A stretch of 64,000 nucleotides of DNA from an uncultured Candidatus Saccharimonas sp. (GTDB lineage: Bacteria > Patescibacteriota > Saccharimonadia > Saccharimonadales > OMJO01), in contig CALRAM010000003.1 of assembly GCA_943353165.1 (NCBI GenBank), forward strand, positions 32,026 through 96,025, given 5' to 3'. The notes under the pieces are model-generated. The model did not search any database and was not told where the DNA came from. It saw only the letters and a list, made by a program, of their open reading frames with translations. Both the position numbers and the translations under genes were made by a program. The number at the start of each line of letters is the position of its first letter. Positions within the stretch are counted from its first letter, which is position 1. Of the stretch, positions 46,363 to 55,269 are shown in pieces.

Positions 46363-47627
46363 AAAAACTAAACGAAAAAAATTATTTTGTCAGATTCGTG
46401 GTTTTGTTCGTGATGGCTGTGTTTGTAATTTCTGGTTACGGCGTGCCTGTCATGGCAATTTCCAAAAAAGATTTGAAGGCTATAATTTCTAAAACTCCTT
46501 ACTATGACCCTGAAGATGAAAAATGCGATGTAGGTGGTCCTGCAGGGAATGGTCCATTGGATGGTCCATTCTTTCCCAAAATTTCTGACACTGCTGATTT
46601 AGAAAAAAGAATGACTGATTACATATTAAAAACCAAGCCTAGTTCGCCGTTGCTGGCTCATGTTGGAGAGTTTGTTTCGTACGGCAAAGATTCAAATATA
46701 AACCCAGTCATGGTGCTAGTGATGTCCCAGCAAGAAACCGGCATGGGTACCACCGGCAACGGTGTACCAGGAAAGTTCAATATATTAAATGTACAGCACG
46801 GTGGTTCTGTGAGGTTTGCACCTTACCCCAGCTATACAACTGCTATATCAGAATATATGAAGCTAATGGCCAGCAAGACATATATGGGTGCACCGTCTAG
46901 TTTTACTACTATCTCTCAGGTGATCCACAGAACAACTCCAGTTGGCGATGGTGCAAACAATCCAGACAACTTTACCACATTCGTTATATCGTCTATACAT
47001 AAGATTCTGGACGGAATAGCTACCGACGGAACAGTCGATGCTACTGTAGTGCCCGCAAAAACATGCGGCAAGGTCAATAGCGCCGGTGCGTACGGCTGGG
47101 ACCTAGAAGGTCCTAATGCGATGGTCAGCTATGAACAAGGAGACAAACGTTGGGGTGATAAACCTTATGGTCAAAACCTCGAATCTATCGCCGCTACCGG
47201 CTGTGGTCCAAGTTCTCTGGCTATGATAGGAGCAACTTTATTGAACGATTCGTCTATAACCCCCCTAACTCTCGCCAACCAATATGGAGACAGGTTTCAT
47301 ACTCCTGGGGCAGGAACAGCGTGGGGAATAATACCGGCATTTGCCAATGACTACAAGCTAAAGATGCTAGATATTGGTACAAATTTCCAGGCCGCTGCTG
47401 ATACACTAAAAGCTGGAGGGTTGGTGCTAATATCTGTTGATCCTGGATGGTTTACTGGTGGCGGTCATTTCATGGTAGTTCGCTCCGTCACAGCCGATAG
47501 TTCAGGGTTTTTTATGAATGATCCTGCCGGAGCCGGACTAAACAAAGACAGCGAGACTAGAGCATTTACAGCAGATTTCATAACAAACCAAGGCGGTGTT
47601 AAAAAAATGTGGAGCTTTTCAAAATGA
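46359..47627 (+). CDS. secreted two-domain cell-wall hydrolase (glucosaminidase-like + peptidase C39-like)
   Basis: 422 aa counted from the ATG at 46359, whose ATGA overlaps the upstream stop. It has a signal peptide and a glucosaminidase-like pattern (SQQETGMGTTG...FNILNV...AISEYMKLM). The C-terminus has WGDKPYG...ATGCGPSSLAMIG...GGGHFMVVRSV, which looks Peptidase_C39_2-like. Confidence 0.65.
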   Translation: MKKLNEKNYFVRFVVLFVMAVFVISGYGVPVMAISKKDLKAIISKTPYYDPEDEKCDVGGPAGNGPLDGPFFPKISDTADLEKRMTDYILKTKPSSPLLAHVGEFVSYGKDSNINPVMVLVMSQQETGMGTTGNGVPGKFNILNVQHGGSVRFAPYPSYTTAISEYMKLMASKTYMGAPSSFTTISQVIHRTTPVGDGANNPDNFTTFVISSIHKILDGIATDGTVDATVVPAKTCGKVNSAGAYGWDLEGPNAMVSYEQGDKRWGDKPYGQNLESIAATGCGPSSLAMIGATLLNDSSITPLTLANQYGDRFHTPGAGTAWGIIPAFANDYKLKMLDIGTNFQAAADTLKAGGLVLISVDPGWFTGGGHFMVVRSVTADSSGFFMNDPAGAGLNKDSETRAFTADFITNQGGVKKMWSFSK

Positions 47628-48067
47628 AGATAAATAAAAAAGTTTTGGTCCTGTTGTTTTTAACCATAGTTATCTCTGTTGGTCTATTTTATATATTCTT
47701 TTCAAGAACAAACCAAAAACAGGTGATTACCACAAACAAGGAACCCGAACGAAGTTCAACCCAGCCCATCAGATTGAGCAACTCACAAGAACTAGGCGAT
47801 ATATTATTAAAAGAACAATATCTGGTAGTCAAAGACGAGCTATTTGCCTATGTTTTGAGTACTTATGGAAAATCTATTCAGAACATAAGTGTACAGGGAA
47901 AAGTAACCATTGCTAACGACGGAAATTTAACTTTTACGGTTAAAGTTGTAGATGTAGATAAACTATTTATAGTTCAGGTGGATCGCAACGATTTTCAGTA
48001 TATTTTGTTTTCAGTTCCAAAGACAAACTATTCTAAAAAAATCAATGTCTTTGGTGAAGGTGAATAA
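47624..48067 (+). CDS. hypothetical N-terminally anchored protein (last gene of T4SS-like operon)
   Basis: 147 aa counted from the ATG at 47624, with an ATGA overlap. It has one TM (VLVLLFLTIVISVGLFYIFF). Confidence 0.55.
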   Translation: MKINKKVLVLLFLTIVISVGLFYIFFSRTNQKQVITTNKEPERSSTQPIRLSNSQELGDILLKEQYLVVKDELFAYVLSTYGKSIQNISVQGKVTIANDGNLTFTVKVVDVDKLFIVQVDRNDFQYILFSVPKTNYSKKINVFGEGE

Positions 48068-49126
48068 TTATCCTATTTTTATAGTCTGATAATTCTCTGA
48101 AAAACTATCAGGTATTACATCGGCGTCTGTTGTGGTTATGAAGGTTTGGTAACCTTTTATGGCAACCGTCAGAGATTGTCTTCTACGATTGTCTAGCTCG
48201 CTAAAAACATCGTCGAGTAGCAGGATTGGTTTTTTACCATAAACAGATTCTATTAGATATAGTTCTATTATTTTTAATCCCAACAACACTGTTCGTGTTT
48301 CCCCTCTGGAGGCGTTCTGAGACATAGCGTGTCCGTCTATTTCTATGACCAAATCATCTCTGTGTGGACCAAATGTTGTGTAGCCGCGTTCTATGTCTTT
48401 CTGGAGAGAGCCTTCTAGTTTGTGCAACATTTGACTGCTATATTGGATTATCGGTGCCTGAGATTCATATATAGCCACGACTTTGGAGTTGCTACTAGAA
48501 ATATCTGAATACAGTTTGGGTAAAAATTTGTTTATTTTATCTATCAGTTCGTTTCTATGTATTACTATCTGACCAGCCAGTTCGCTCAGCCTGATGTTCC
48601 AAACAAAAATCATTTTTTTTATATCTTCGGGCTGTTGTTTTAGTAAACGATTTCTCTGTGAAAGGGTTCGTCTGTATTGTTTTCTGAGAGTTTGATAACT
48701 AGGTAGTGTGTACTCCAAAAGATCGTCCAGAAAGTCCCTGCGTGCTTCTGGGCCTCCATGAAACAACAACAAATGGTTGGGCTCGAACAAGACCGCGGGA
48801 ATTTTTTTGGATTGGGTTATTCGTTTTATGACTTCTTTGTTTATTTCTAGTAACCTGTCTGCTGGGTTGTGTTCTTTTGGTATCAGTTTTAGACTTCTGT
48901 TTTCTGTTTTCGTTGTAGCGTCCAGTCTGGCCCAGTCTTTTTGGTACATTACGGTTTCACCGTCTTTTACCCTGTATGATTTGGCGCCTGTTATCATTAG
49001 TATCGCTTCCAACAGATTGGTTTTACCACTACCATTTGGCCCAATTATGATATTTACGCCGTCTATAAACTCGAAGGTTTGGTCGGAGTATGATCTAAAA
49101 TTTTGTATCCTAAGTTTTTTTAGCAT
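48068..49126 (-). CDS. recF: DNA replication and repair protein RecF
   Basis: 352 aa. It has LRIQNFRSY, the Walker A IIGPNGSGKTNLLEAI and LLLDDVFSELD. Confidence 0.92.
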   Translation of the reverse strand: MLKKLRIQNFRSYSDQTFEFIDGVNIIIGPNGSGKTNLLEAILMITGAKSYRVKDGETVMYQKDWARLDATTKTENRSLKLIPKEHNPADRLLEINKEVIKRITQSKKIPAVLFEPNHLLLFHGGPEARRDFLDDLLEYTLPSYQTLRKQYRRTLSQRNRLLKQQPEDIKKMIFVWNIRLSELAGQIVIHRNELIDKINKFLPKLYSDISSSNSKVVAIYESQAPIIQYSSQMLHKLEGSLQKDIERGYTTFGPHRDDLVIEIDGHAMSQNASRGETRTVLLGLKIIELYLIESVYGKKPILLLDDVFSELDNRRRQSLTVAIKGYQTFITTTDADVIPDSFSENYQTIKIG

Positions 49127-49136
49127 TCATTATATT

Positions 49137-50228
49137 TTAACTCTTTAGAGGCATAATGACATGAATATAATCTTTGTCTGCTGGGTCGCGCAAGATACAA
49201 GGTTCTAGTTTGCCGTTGAATGAAAAAGTAACTTTCTCTCCACTCAAACATTGCAAGGCGTCCATGACATAGCGCGAGTTCAAGGTAATAGTTCCATCTC
49301 CAGATACTTCGGCTTCGGCAGTGGCTACGTTTTCTCCTAGTTGAGATGCTATGGATCGTATGCTGACTTGTCCCGCTTTTTTGTCCAGGTTTATCGTTAT
49401 ACTACCCGCACTCTCTCTGGCAAATAAACTAGAGACTTTGGTAATATTGCTCAGCTCTGACTTTTTTAGTGTGGCAGTAAACTCGAAAGTTGATGGTATC
49501 AGCTTGCGATAATCAGGATATTTTCCCTCTATTTGTCTAGTCACCAACTCTACATCACCCACTCGAAACTGAGCTTGTTGATCATCATAAATCATAACCA
49601 CTTCGTCTTCATTGTCGCCAATTATTCTCAGCAAGTCTGTCAGGGAGGTGGCCGGCACCAACATACTCAGCGCGGTAGAACTATTGGAAATCATTTTTTC
49701 TGCCAGACGATAGCTGTCTGTGGCTACTAGATACATATTTTCTTCAAATGTATGCATAAAAACACCTGTCAATACTGGACGAGATTCGTCTGTAGATGCC
49801 GCCGAAACAACTTGTTGGAGGGCTAATTTTAGCTTTTTGGTGTTTATTTTTAGGGTTTCTCCCTTTGTAATGGCTGGCATGACAGGGAAGTCTTCAGCAG
49901 AAACTCCGTTTATGGTTGACTGATATTTTTCGGTGCTGATATGAAGTTTATTTTCTTGTAATTCCAAACTAATAACTCCGCTGGGCAGGCTAGAAACAAA
50001 CTCCTGCATCAGTCTAGCTGGAACAGTGATAGCGCCTTCTTTTTCAACTTTTGCACCCACAAAATGAGTGATGGCGATATCTAGATTGGTAGCTGCGATA
50101 CTGAGTCTGTTGTCTACTATTTTCAATAAAATATTGGATAGTATCGGTAGAGTACCCCGACTGTTGGCAACCCGTGAAACGCTGTTTAGAGCTTTTGCTA
50201 GATTTTCCTGAGTTACTTTTAATTTCAT
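49137..50228 (-). CDS. dnaN: DNA polymerase III subunit beta (sliding clamp)
   Basis: 363 aa. Its position between dnaA and recF, its three-domain length, and motifs PILSNILL and TDSYRLA all fit. Confidence 0.92.
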   Translation of the reverse strand: MKLKVTQENLAKALNSVSRVANSRGTLPILSNILLKIVDNRLSIAATNLDIAITHFVGAKVEKEGAITVPARLMQEFVSSLPSGVISLELQENKLHISTEKYQSTINGVSAEDFPVMPAITKGETLKINTKKLKLALQQVVSAASTDESRPVLTGVFMHTFEENMYLVATDSYRLAEKMISNSSTALSMLVPATSLTDLLRIIGDNEDEVVMIYDDQQAQFRVGDVELVTRQIEGKYPDYRKLIPSTFEFTATLKKSELSNITKVSSLFARESAGSITINLDKKAGQVSIRSIASQLGENVATAEAEVSGDGTITLNSRYVMDALQCLSGEKVTFSFNGKLEPCILRDPADKDYIHVIMPLKS

Positions 50229-50474
50229 TACTAATACTCCTTTATATAATTAGTTATAGGATTAATAAGGCCTGTGTAAAATGTGTATAAGTTTGTTTTA
50301 ACAGATATAAATATGAAAATTATGTGGTGTATATAGTGGGTAAAGTTTTTGTAAAAACTGTTTACAAAACGGCCAGTTAGACACATGGTGCTAGTAATTT
50401 GGAGGCGTGTGTTTATAAATAGACTATTTTTAGCACAGCCATCGGGGCTTAAAAACACAGCTTGTGAACAGTTT

Positions 50475-51848
50475 TTACGCATACAATCGCTCCTTTATAT
50501 CTACTATCGCTTCACGAATATCTGCATCAAAAGCCACTTCTTTTTCTATTTTTTCTACAGAATGAATGGCTGTCGTGTGATCTTTGCGACCCAGCTCCCT
50601 GGCGATTTTTGGAAAACTAAGGTGCAATTCGCTACGCAACATATACATAGCTACCTGACGTGGAACAACTATGTCTTTGTCCCTTTTTGGACCCATAATA
50701 TCTTCTATAGAGATCTGAAAATGTTTGGCAGTTCGTTCTATGACTTGTTTGGCATTTAAATGCTTTGGACGAGTCTTGTTGCCTCCTAACAGCCCAGTAG
50801 CCAGAGTCAAATCAGGTGCTAAACCACGCATTTCACAGAAAGCCAATAGTTGGTTTAGTGCGCCCTCTAATTCTCTGATATTTGTCTGGACTAGATTTGC
50901 TAAAAATTCTACAACTGGTGGTGGTAGTTCTATATTGTGAGTATGAGCTTTGGTCAGGACTATGGCACAACGAGTTTCAAAATCAGGGTTCTGCATATCT
51001 ATGCTCATTCCCCAGGCAAAACGACTACGAAGTCGTTCCTCTAGTGTGGGTATATCATGAGGCGGTTTGTCACTGCTGATGATAATCTGTTTGTTGGCTT
51101 GGTGAAGAGCGTTGAAGGTGTGAAAGAACTCTTGTTGGGTTTTTTCTTTGCCAGCTATGAACTGGATATCATCCACTATCAACACATCGGCACTACGGTA
51201 GTAACCTGCAAAATCAGTGTTCTTTTTGTAACGGATGGCGTCCAAAAACTCCTGTACAAACTGCTCGGTAGATATATAAACAACATGAGCGCCGGGATTG
51301 TTGGCTACTACGGCGTTTCCAACGGCTTGAATGAGGTGAGTTTTTCCGATACCCGCCCCGCCATACAAAAACAAGGGATTGTATTTTGTGCCAACTGTTT
51401 GGGCAACCGCCTGACAAGCAGCGTAAGCTAGTTCGTTGCCAGACCCTACTATAAAGTTTTCAAAGGTGTAGCGTTCGTTTATACCTTGGCGATAATTGTG
51501 TTTTAGCGAGTTAGAAGGCGGACTATTAGTAGAAGGAGTGGATTTGGTTGTTTTAGGCCAAGAAATAGCGGTTTCTTCTGCATCATCTTTTTTAGGCGTT
51601 ACTGCCGAGGCATGTATTTTGAACTCTATATGTTTTGGTTTTTGTCCGTTCTTTGCCAACGTAGTAGTTATCAGATCCAAGTATTTTCTCTCCAGCTGTT
51701 GTTTTATGAAAACATTGGGCACGCCAATGATTATGGAGGTAGAATTGTTTTGGAGTAGCTGGCTTCCCTTGAACCACGTAATAAAGCTGGCTCGGGAAAC
51801 CGATACCTCTATCTCTCCTAACACCGCTTGCCACAGGTTTTCCTGCAT
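50475..51848 (-). CDS. dnaA: chromosomal replication initiator protein DnaA
   Basis: 457 aa. It has the AAA+ Walker A GGAGIGKTHL, LIVDDIQF, and the domain IV DNA-binding segment (RKDHTTAIHSVEKI). Confidence 0.95.
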   Translation of the reverse strand: MQENLWQAVLGEIEVSVSRASFITWFKGSQLLQNNSTSIIIGVPNVFIKQQLERKYLDLITTTLAKNGQKPKHIEFKIHASAVTPKKDDAEETAISWPKTTKSTPSTNSPPSNSLKHNYRQGINERYTFENFIVGSGNELAYAACQAVAQTVGTKYNPLFLYGGAGIGKTHLIQAVGNAVVANNPGAHVVYISTEQFVQEFLDAIRYKKNTDFAGYYRSADVLIVDDIQFIAGKEKTQQEFFHTFNALHQANKQIIISSDKPPHDIPTLEERLRSRFAWGMSIDMQNPDFETRCAIVLTKAHTHNIELPPPVVEFLANLVQTNIRELEGALNQLLAFCEMRGLAPDLTLATGLLGGNKTRPKHLNAKQVIERTAKHFQISIEDIMGPKRDKDIVVPRQVAMYMLRSELHLSFPKIARELGRKDHTTAIHSVEKIEKEVAFDADIREAIVDIKERLYA

Positions 51849-51901
51849 AAATCCCCTCGATCGTTAAACCCAAGTACATTAAATATACATAAAACAACTA
51901 C

Positions 51902-52028
51902 TTTTCCACAAGTCTTTTAGATATAAAACAACGATAATATACATTATTTGGCTACTAGGGGTTAATTTATCCACAGGTTTAGGGTTAATCAGTTAATCTG
52001 TGGATAATACTTTAAATATAGTGGAAAA
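51902..52028. promoter_or_regulatory. oriC-type DnaA-box cluster in the dnaA-rpmH spacer
   Basis: There are perfect boxes TTATCCACA (51967-51975) and TGTGGATAA (51999-52007). Near-boxes TTTTCCACA (51902-51910) and GTGGAAAA (52021-52028) also occur, and AT-rich tracts surround them. Confidence 0.7.
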
Positions 52029-52140
52029 CTTGCTATAATTAGTGGGTAATTATTGTTAATTTTACGCAGTAGACCATTTTTCGTTTCAGATATAATTGTC
52101 AACATTACCGTGTATTTAAAAGAAAAGGTATAATACCCTC

Positions 52141-52278
52141 ATGCCAAAACGAACTTATCAGCCAAAAAAACGCAGCCGCGCCAGAGAGCACGGATTTATG
52201 AAGCGCATGGCCACCAAAGCTGGACGTGCCGTATTGAAGCGACGCCGAAACAAGGGCCGTATCAAGCTTTCTGCCTAA
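52141..52278 (+). CDS. rpmH: 50S ribosomal protein L34
   Basis: Too short for the ORF track. My translation is [45 protein letters not shown] (45 aa), which is canonical L34. Confidence 0.93.
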   Translation: MPKRTYQPKKRSRAREHGFMKRMATKAGRAVLKRRRNKGRIKLSA

Positions 52279-52293
52279 AAAAAGGTACCAGCT

Positions 52294-52656
52294 ATGATAT
52301 CTAGCTCTAACCGTTTCCATGGACACAACAGTTTAAAAACCGTTTATAGTCGCGGTCAGTTAATTCGTGGACCGCTTATTTCTCTGAAATACACTCCAAA
52401 CACGCGCCGAAAAACTTACCGATTGGCAGTAGTAGTCAGCAAAAAAGTTAACAAATCAGCAGTCGTCCGCAACCGTATTCGACGACGTATATATGAAATA
52501 GCCAGAAACCATCAACTAGTTGATCAACCGTACGATATTGTGCTGAGTGTTTTTAGCGACAGCGTAGCTACTATGTCCAGCGAACAGCTAACAGATATGC
52601 TAAAAAAACAGTTTCAAAAAGCACAATTAGTCAAAACACCTGCCCAAAACTCCTAG
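52294..52656 (+). CDS. rnpA: ribonuclease P protein component
   Basis: 120 aa, directly after rpmH. It has the RNR motif region VSKKVNKSAVVRNRIRRRIYE. Confidence 0.88.
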   Translation: MISSSNRFHGHNSLKTVYSRGQLIRGPLISLKYTPNTRRKTYRLAVVVSKKVNKSAVVRNRIRRRIYEIARNHQLVDQPYDIVLSVFSDSVATMSSEQLTDMLKKQFQKAQLVKTPAQNS

Positions 52657-52696
52657 CAATCTGTTATTATAGGTAATAAGTCAGCAGGAGTCAGAT

Positions 52697-53662
52697 ATGT
52701 TCGCATCTATTTTTCAAGTGTTAATAATCAAACCAATCATCAATCTGTTGATCGCTATCTATGTGTTGTTGCCAGGCCACAACTTTGGTATGGCTATCAT
52801 CATCTTTACCATACTGATAAGATTGTTGATGCTACCTCTGGTCAGAAAACAGCTACGCCATGCCAAAGCGATGAGAGAAATGGCTCCAGAACTAAAAAAG
52901 ATAAAAGCCGCCACAAAAGGAGACCGCCAGAAAACTTCTCAGCTAACTATGGAGCTATACAAAGAGCGCCAGATTAATCCGCTGGGCCCAATAGGTGTAA
53001 TGGTGATCCAGCTGATAGTAGTAATTGGTTTGTATCAAGGCCTGAGAAAGATTGTGGCTGACCCAAACGCGTTGATAACAGAGTCGTATGGCTTCCTCAG
53101 AGACACCAGCTGGATGAAAAACTTGGCGTCAAACATCAGTCATTTTGATTCTACGTTGTTGGGATTTATTGACCTGAAAAGGGCAGCTATACCGAAGGGC
53201 GTTAATTACTTTACGGCTATTTTTACCAATGGCATTATTTACTGGCCGGCTATGGCGCTGGTCTTTGGTAGCGCATTGGCTCAGTTTTTCCAGAGTCGCC
53301 AATTGATGCCAAAAAGCGATGATTCCAGAAAACTTCGTCAAATCCTAAAAGACGCCAGCAATGGCAAAAACTCTGACAACTCCGAAGTAAATGCTTCTAT
53401 AATGAAAACCACCCAGTACTTTATTCCCTTTATGATATTTTTCTTTACCGTCAGGTTGCCGTCTGCGCTCAGCTTGTATTGGTTGGTTAGCGGAGTTACC
53501 GCCTATATACAACAGGCTAAAATCCTAAAACAGGACGAAAACGACATGCAAGCCATCGCCAACAAATCGGGTTCCAAAGTTGTCATAGAAGGCGAAGTAG
53601 TGCCTAAAAAAGCAAAGCCAAAAACTAAAACCAAGCCTGCTAAAAAAAGGCGCAAAAAGTAA
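52697..53662 (+). CDS. yidC: membrane protein insertase YidC
   Basis: 321 aa. It shows the YidC/Oxa1 core pattern (LLMLPLVRKQLRHAKAMREMAPELKKIK...LYKERQINPLG) and a basic C-terminal tail. Confidence 0.9.
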   Translation: MFASIFQVLIIKPIINLLIAIYVLLPGHNFGMAIIIFTILIRLLMLPLVRKQLRHAKAMREMAPELKKIKAATKGDRQKTSQLTMELYKERQINPLGPIGVMVIQLIVVIGLYQGLRKIVADPNALITESYGFLRDTSWMKNLASNISHFDSTLLGFIDLKRAAIPKGVNYFTAIFTNGIIYWPAMALVFGSALAQFFQSRQLMPKSDDSRKLRQILKDASNGKNSDNSEVNASIMKTTQYFIPFMIFFFTVRLPSALSLYWLVSGVTAYIQQAKILKQDENDMQAIANKSGSKVVIEGEVVPKKAKPKTKTKPAKKRRKK

Positions 53663-54135
53663 TGAGCGACACACAAACCGAAGAATCCATTCAGTTTGCA
53701 AAAAAGTATCTGGAAGACCTGCTGTCATTTTTTGGCCTAAACACAGACATCTACGCCACCACACAGGACGATGAAGTCATAGAACTGCATGTGCCCAGCA
53801 CCCACCTAAACGGCTTTCTGATAGGGCAACGAGGCGAAACCATGCATTCCCTACAATTCATCGTGGGAACTGCCCTGCGAGCCGCAGGACACGAACCCAG
53901 CCGTGTAAACGTAGATATCGCCGACTACAAAAAACAACGAGCAGATCGACTAGCAGAAGAAGCAAAGGAATGGATAGAAGCCGTCAAAAAGTCTGGCAAG
54001 GATATGCCTCTGCAACCTATGAATGCTGCCGACAGACGCATAGTCCACAAAGTAGCCACAGAAGCAGGACTACTGACAGAGTCCAGGGGCGAAGGTCGCG
54101 ACCGTCACGTTATCCTAAAGCCCGACGCGGCCTAG
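53662..54135 (+). CDS. jag: Jag/KhpB-type RNA-binding protein (KH + R3H domains)
   Basis: 157 aa, in the conserved position after yidC. It has the R3H motif region NAADRRIVHKVATEAGLLTESRGEG. Confidence 0.85.
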   Translation: MSDTQTEESIQFAKKYLEDLLSFFGLNTDIYATTQDDEVIELHVPSTHLNGFLIGQRGETMHSLQFIVGTALRAAGHEPSRVNVDIADYKKQRADRLAEEAKEWIEAVKKSGKDMPLQPMNAADRRIVHKVATEAGLLTESRGEGRDRHVILKPDAA

Positions 54136-55247
54136 GTTTTCAGCACTTCGTTATAAACATCTAGCGTTTGCTGGGCCATTTTTTGCCAACTATATTTAGC
54201 TGCTTGTTTGTGCCCTTTTGTTATCAACTCATCCCTTAGTTTTTTATCGGTCAAGACGCTGGATATTTTGCTAGCCATATCATCAACATTTTTAGGGTCA
54301 AAATACAGGGCGCTGTCGCCATAGATTTCTGGCAGGCAGGTGGCGTTACTACTGACAACTGGTGCGCCGTGAACCATCGCCTCTAGCCCCGGCAACCCAA
54401 AACCTTCGGATAGGCTAGGGAACACATAGGCGCTACAATTTTCGTACAGCCATTTCAGCTCGGCATCGGCTACAAAACCAGGGGTTATGATTCGATTCGA
54501 ATACGATTTTGTACCAATATATTTATCCAGTTTCCTATAGTAATATTCTTTTTTTCCAGCCATTACTAATTTCAAATCTGGTTGGCCCACTATTTCTGGC
54601 AAAGAATCTACTAAAAACGGTAGGTTTTTATGTGGAAATGCTGCCCCAACATACAACAAAAACGGCTCCCCGTTGTTCAAATATGTCGGCTTTTTGGCGT
54701 TTTCTCTGATAGGTGGTTCGCTGGCACAATAAGTGACGGTTATTTTGTTTTCTGTAAAAGGATAGTTTTTTATCAGGTCGTCACGAGTAAAATTGCTGAT
54801 AGCAATGATAGCTTTTGACTTCTTGTTGCCCAACCAGAACATAGTACGGTAGGCAGCCATTTTGAGCCAAAAGATAGGTAACGGAGTTTTACCAGCTCTA
54901 GTAAAACGCAACATTGTCAGGTCCATAGTTGTTGTTATGGTTGGGCGAAAATAAAACAGCGGTTGGGCGTTTGTGGTGTAATGAATAATATCGGCATTTA
55001 AAGCGTACAGCTGTCTAGTAAATCCAAATTCGTTTAGAGGGTTCAGAGAAAACTGACCGTATTTGGTTTTTACGGCTGTAAAATTACTAGCTGTTGGTTG
55101 CCAAGGGTCGTCTGGCTGTATTAATACGCTATATTTATGAACTGTATCAATTTTTTGCAGATGTTCAACCAGGCGGTCTATATAACGACCGGTGCTACTA
55201 CGGCGAATTCTGGCATCTATGGCAATGTGTTTTTGGATCTGTTTCAT
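54132..55247 (-). CDS. glycosyltransferase family 4 (GT-B, group 1)
   Basis: 371 aa. It carries the E-x7-E region FPSLSEGFGLPGLEAMVHGAPVVSS. Confidence 0.85.
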   Translation of the reverse strand: MKQIQKHIAIDARIRRSSTGRYIDRLVEHLQKIDTVHKYSVLIQPDDPWQPTASNFTAVKTKYGQFSLNPLNEFGFTRQLYALNADIIHYTTNAQPLFYFRPTITTTMDLTMLRFTRAGKTPLPIFWLKMAAYRTMFWLGNKKSKAIIAISNFTRDDLIKNYPFTENKITVTYCASEPPIRENAKKPTYLNNGEPFLLYVGAAFPHKNLPFLVDSLPEIVGQPDLKLVMAGKKEYYYRKLDKYIGTKSYSNRIITPGFVADAELKWLYENCSAYVFPSLSEGFGLPGLEAMVHGAPVVSSNATCLPEIYGDSALYFDPKNVDDMASKISSVLTDKKLRDELITKGHKQAAKYSWQKMAQQTLDVYNEVLKT

Positions 55248-55269
55248 AAAGTAATAGTATAATTATAAG

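Noticed and set aside
33593-48067. The T4SS-like locus could be an integrative conjugative element.
   Set aside because: I found no integrase, relaxase, coupling protein or flanking direct repeats, and no obvious composition change. The nearby tRNA-Ser genes have their 3' ends pointing away from the locus. I cannot exclude mobility genes outside the window.
50231-50759. ORFs of 83 and 124 aa lie in and around the dnaN-dnaA spacer.
   Set aside because: They sit in AT-rich origin-type intergenic DNA and in antisense dnaA sequence. They have no RBS and no recognisable protein features.
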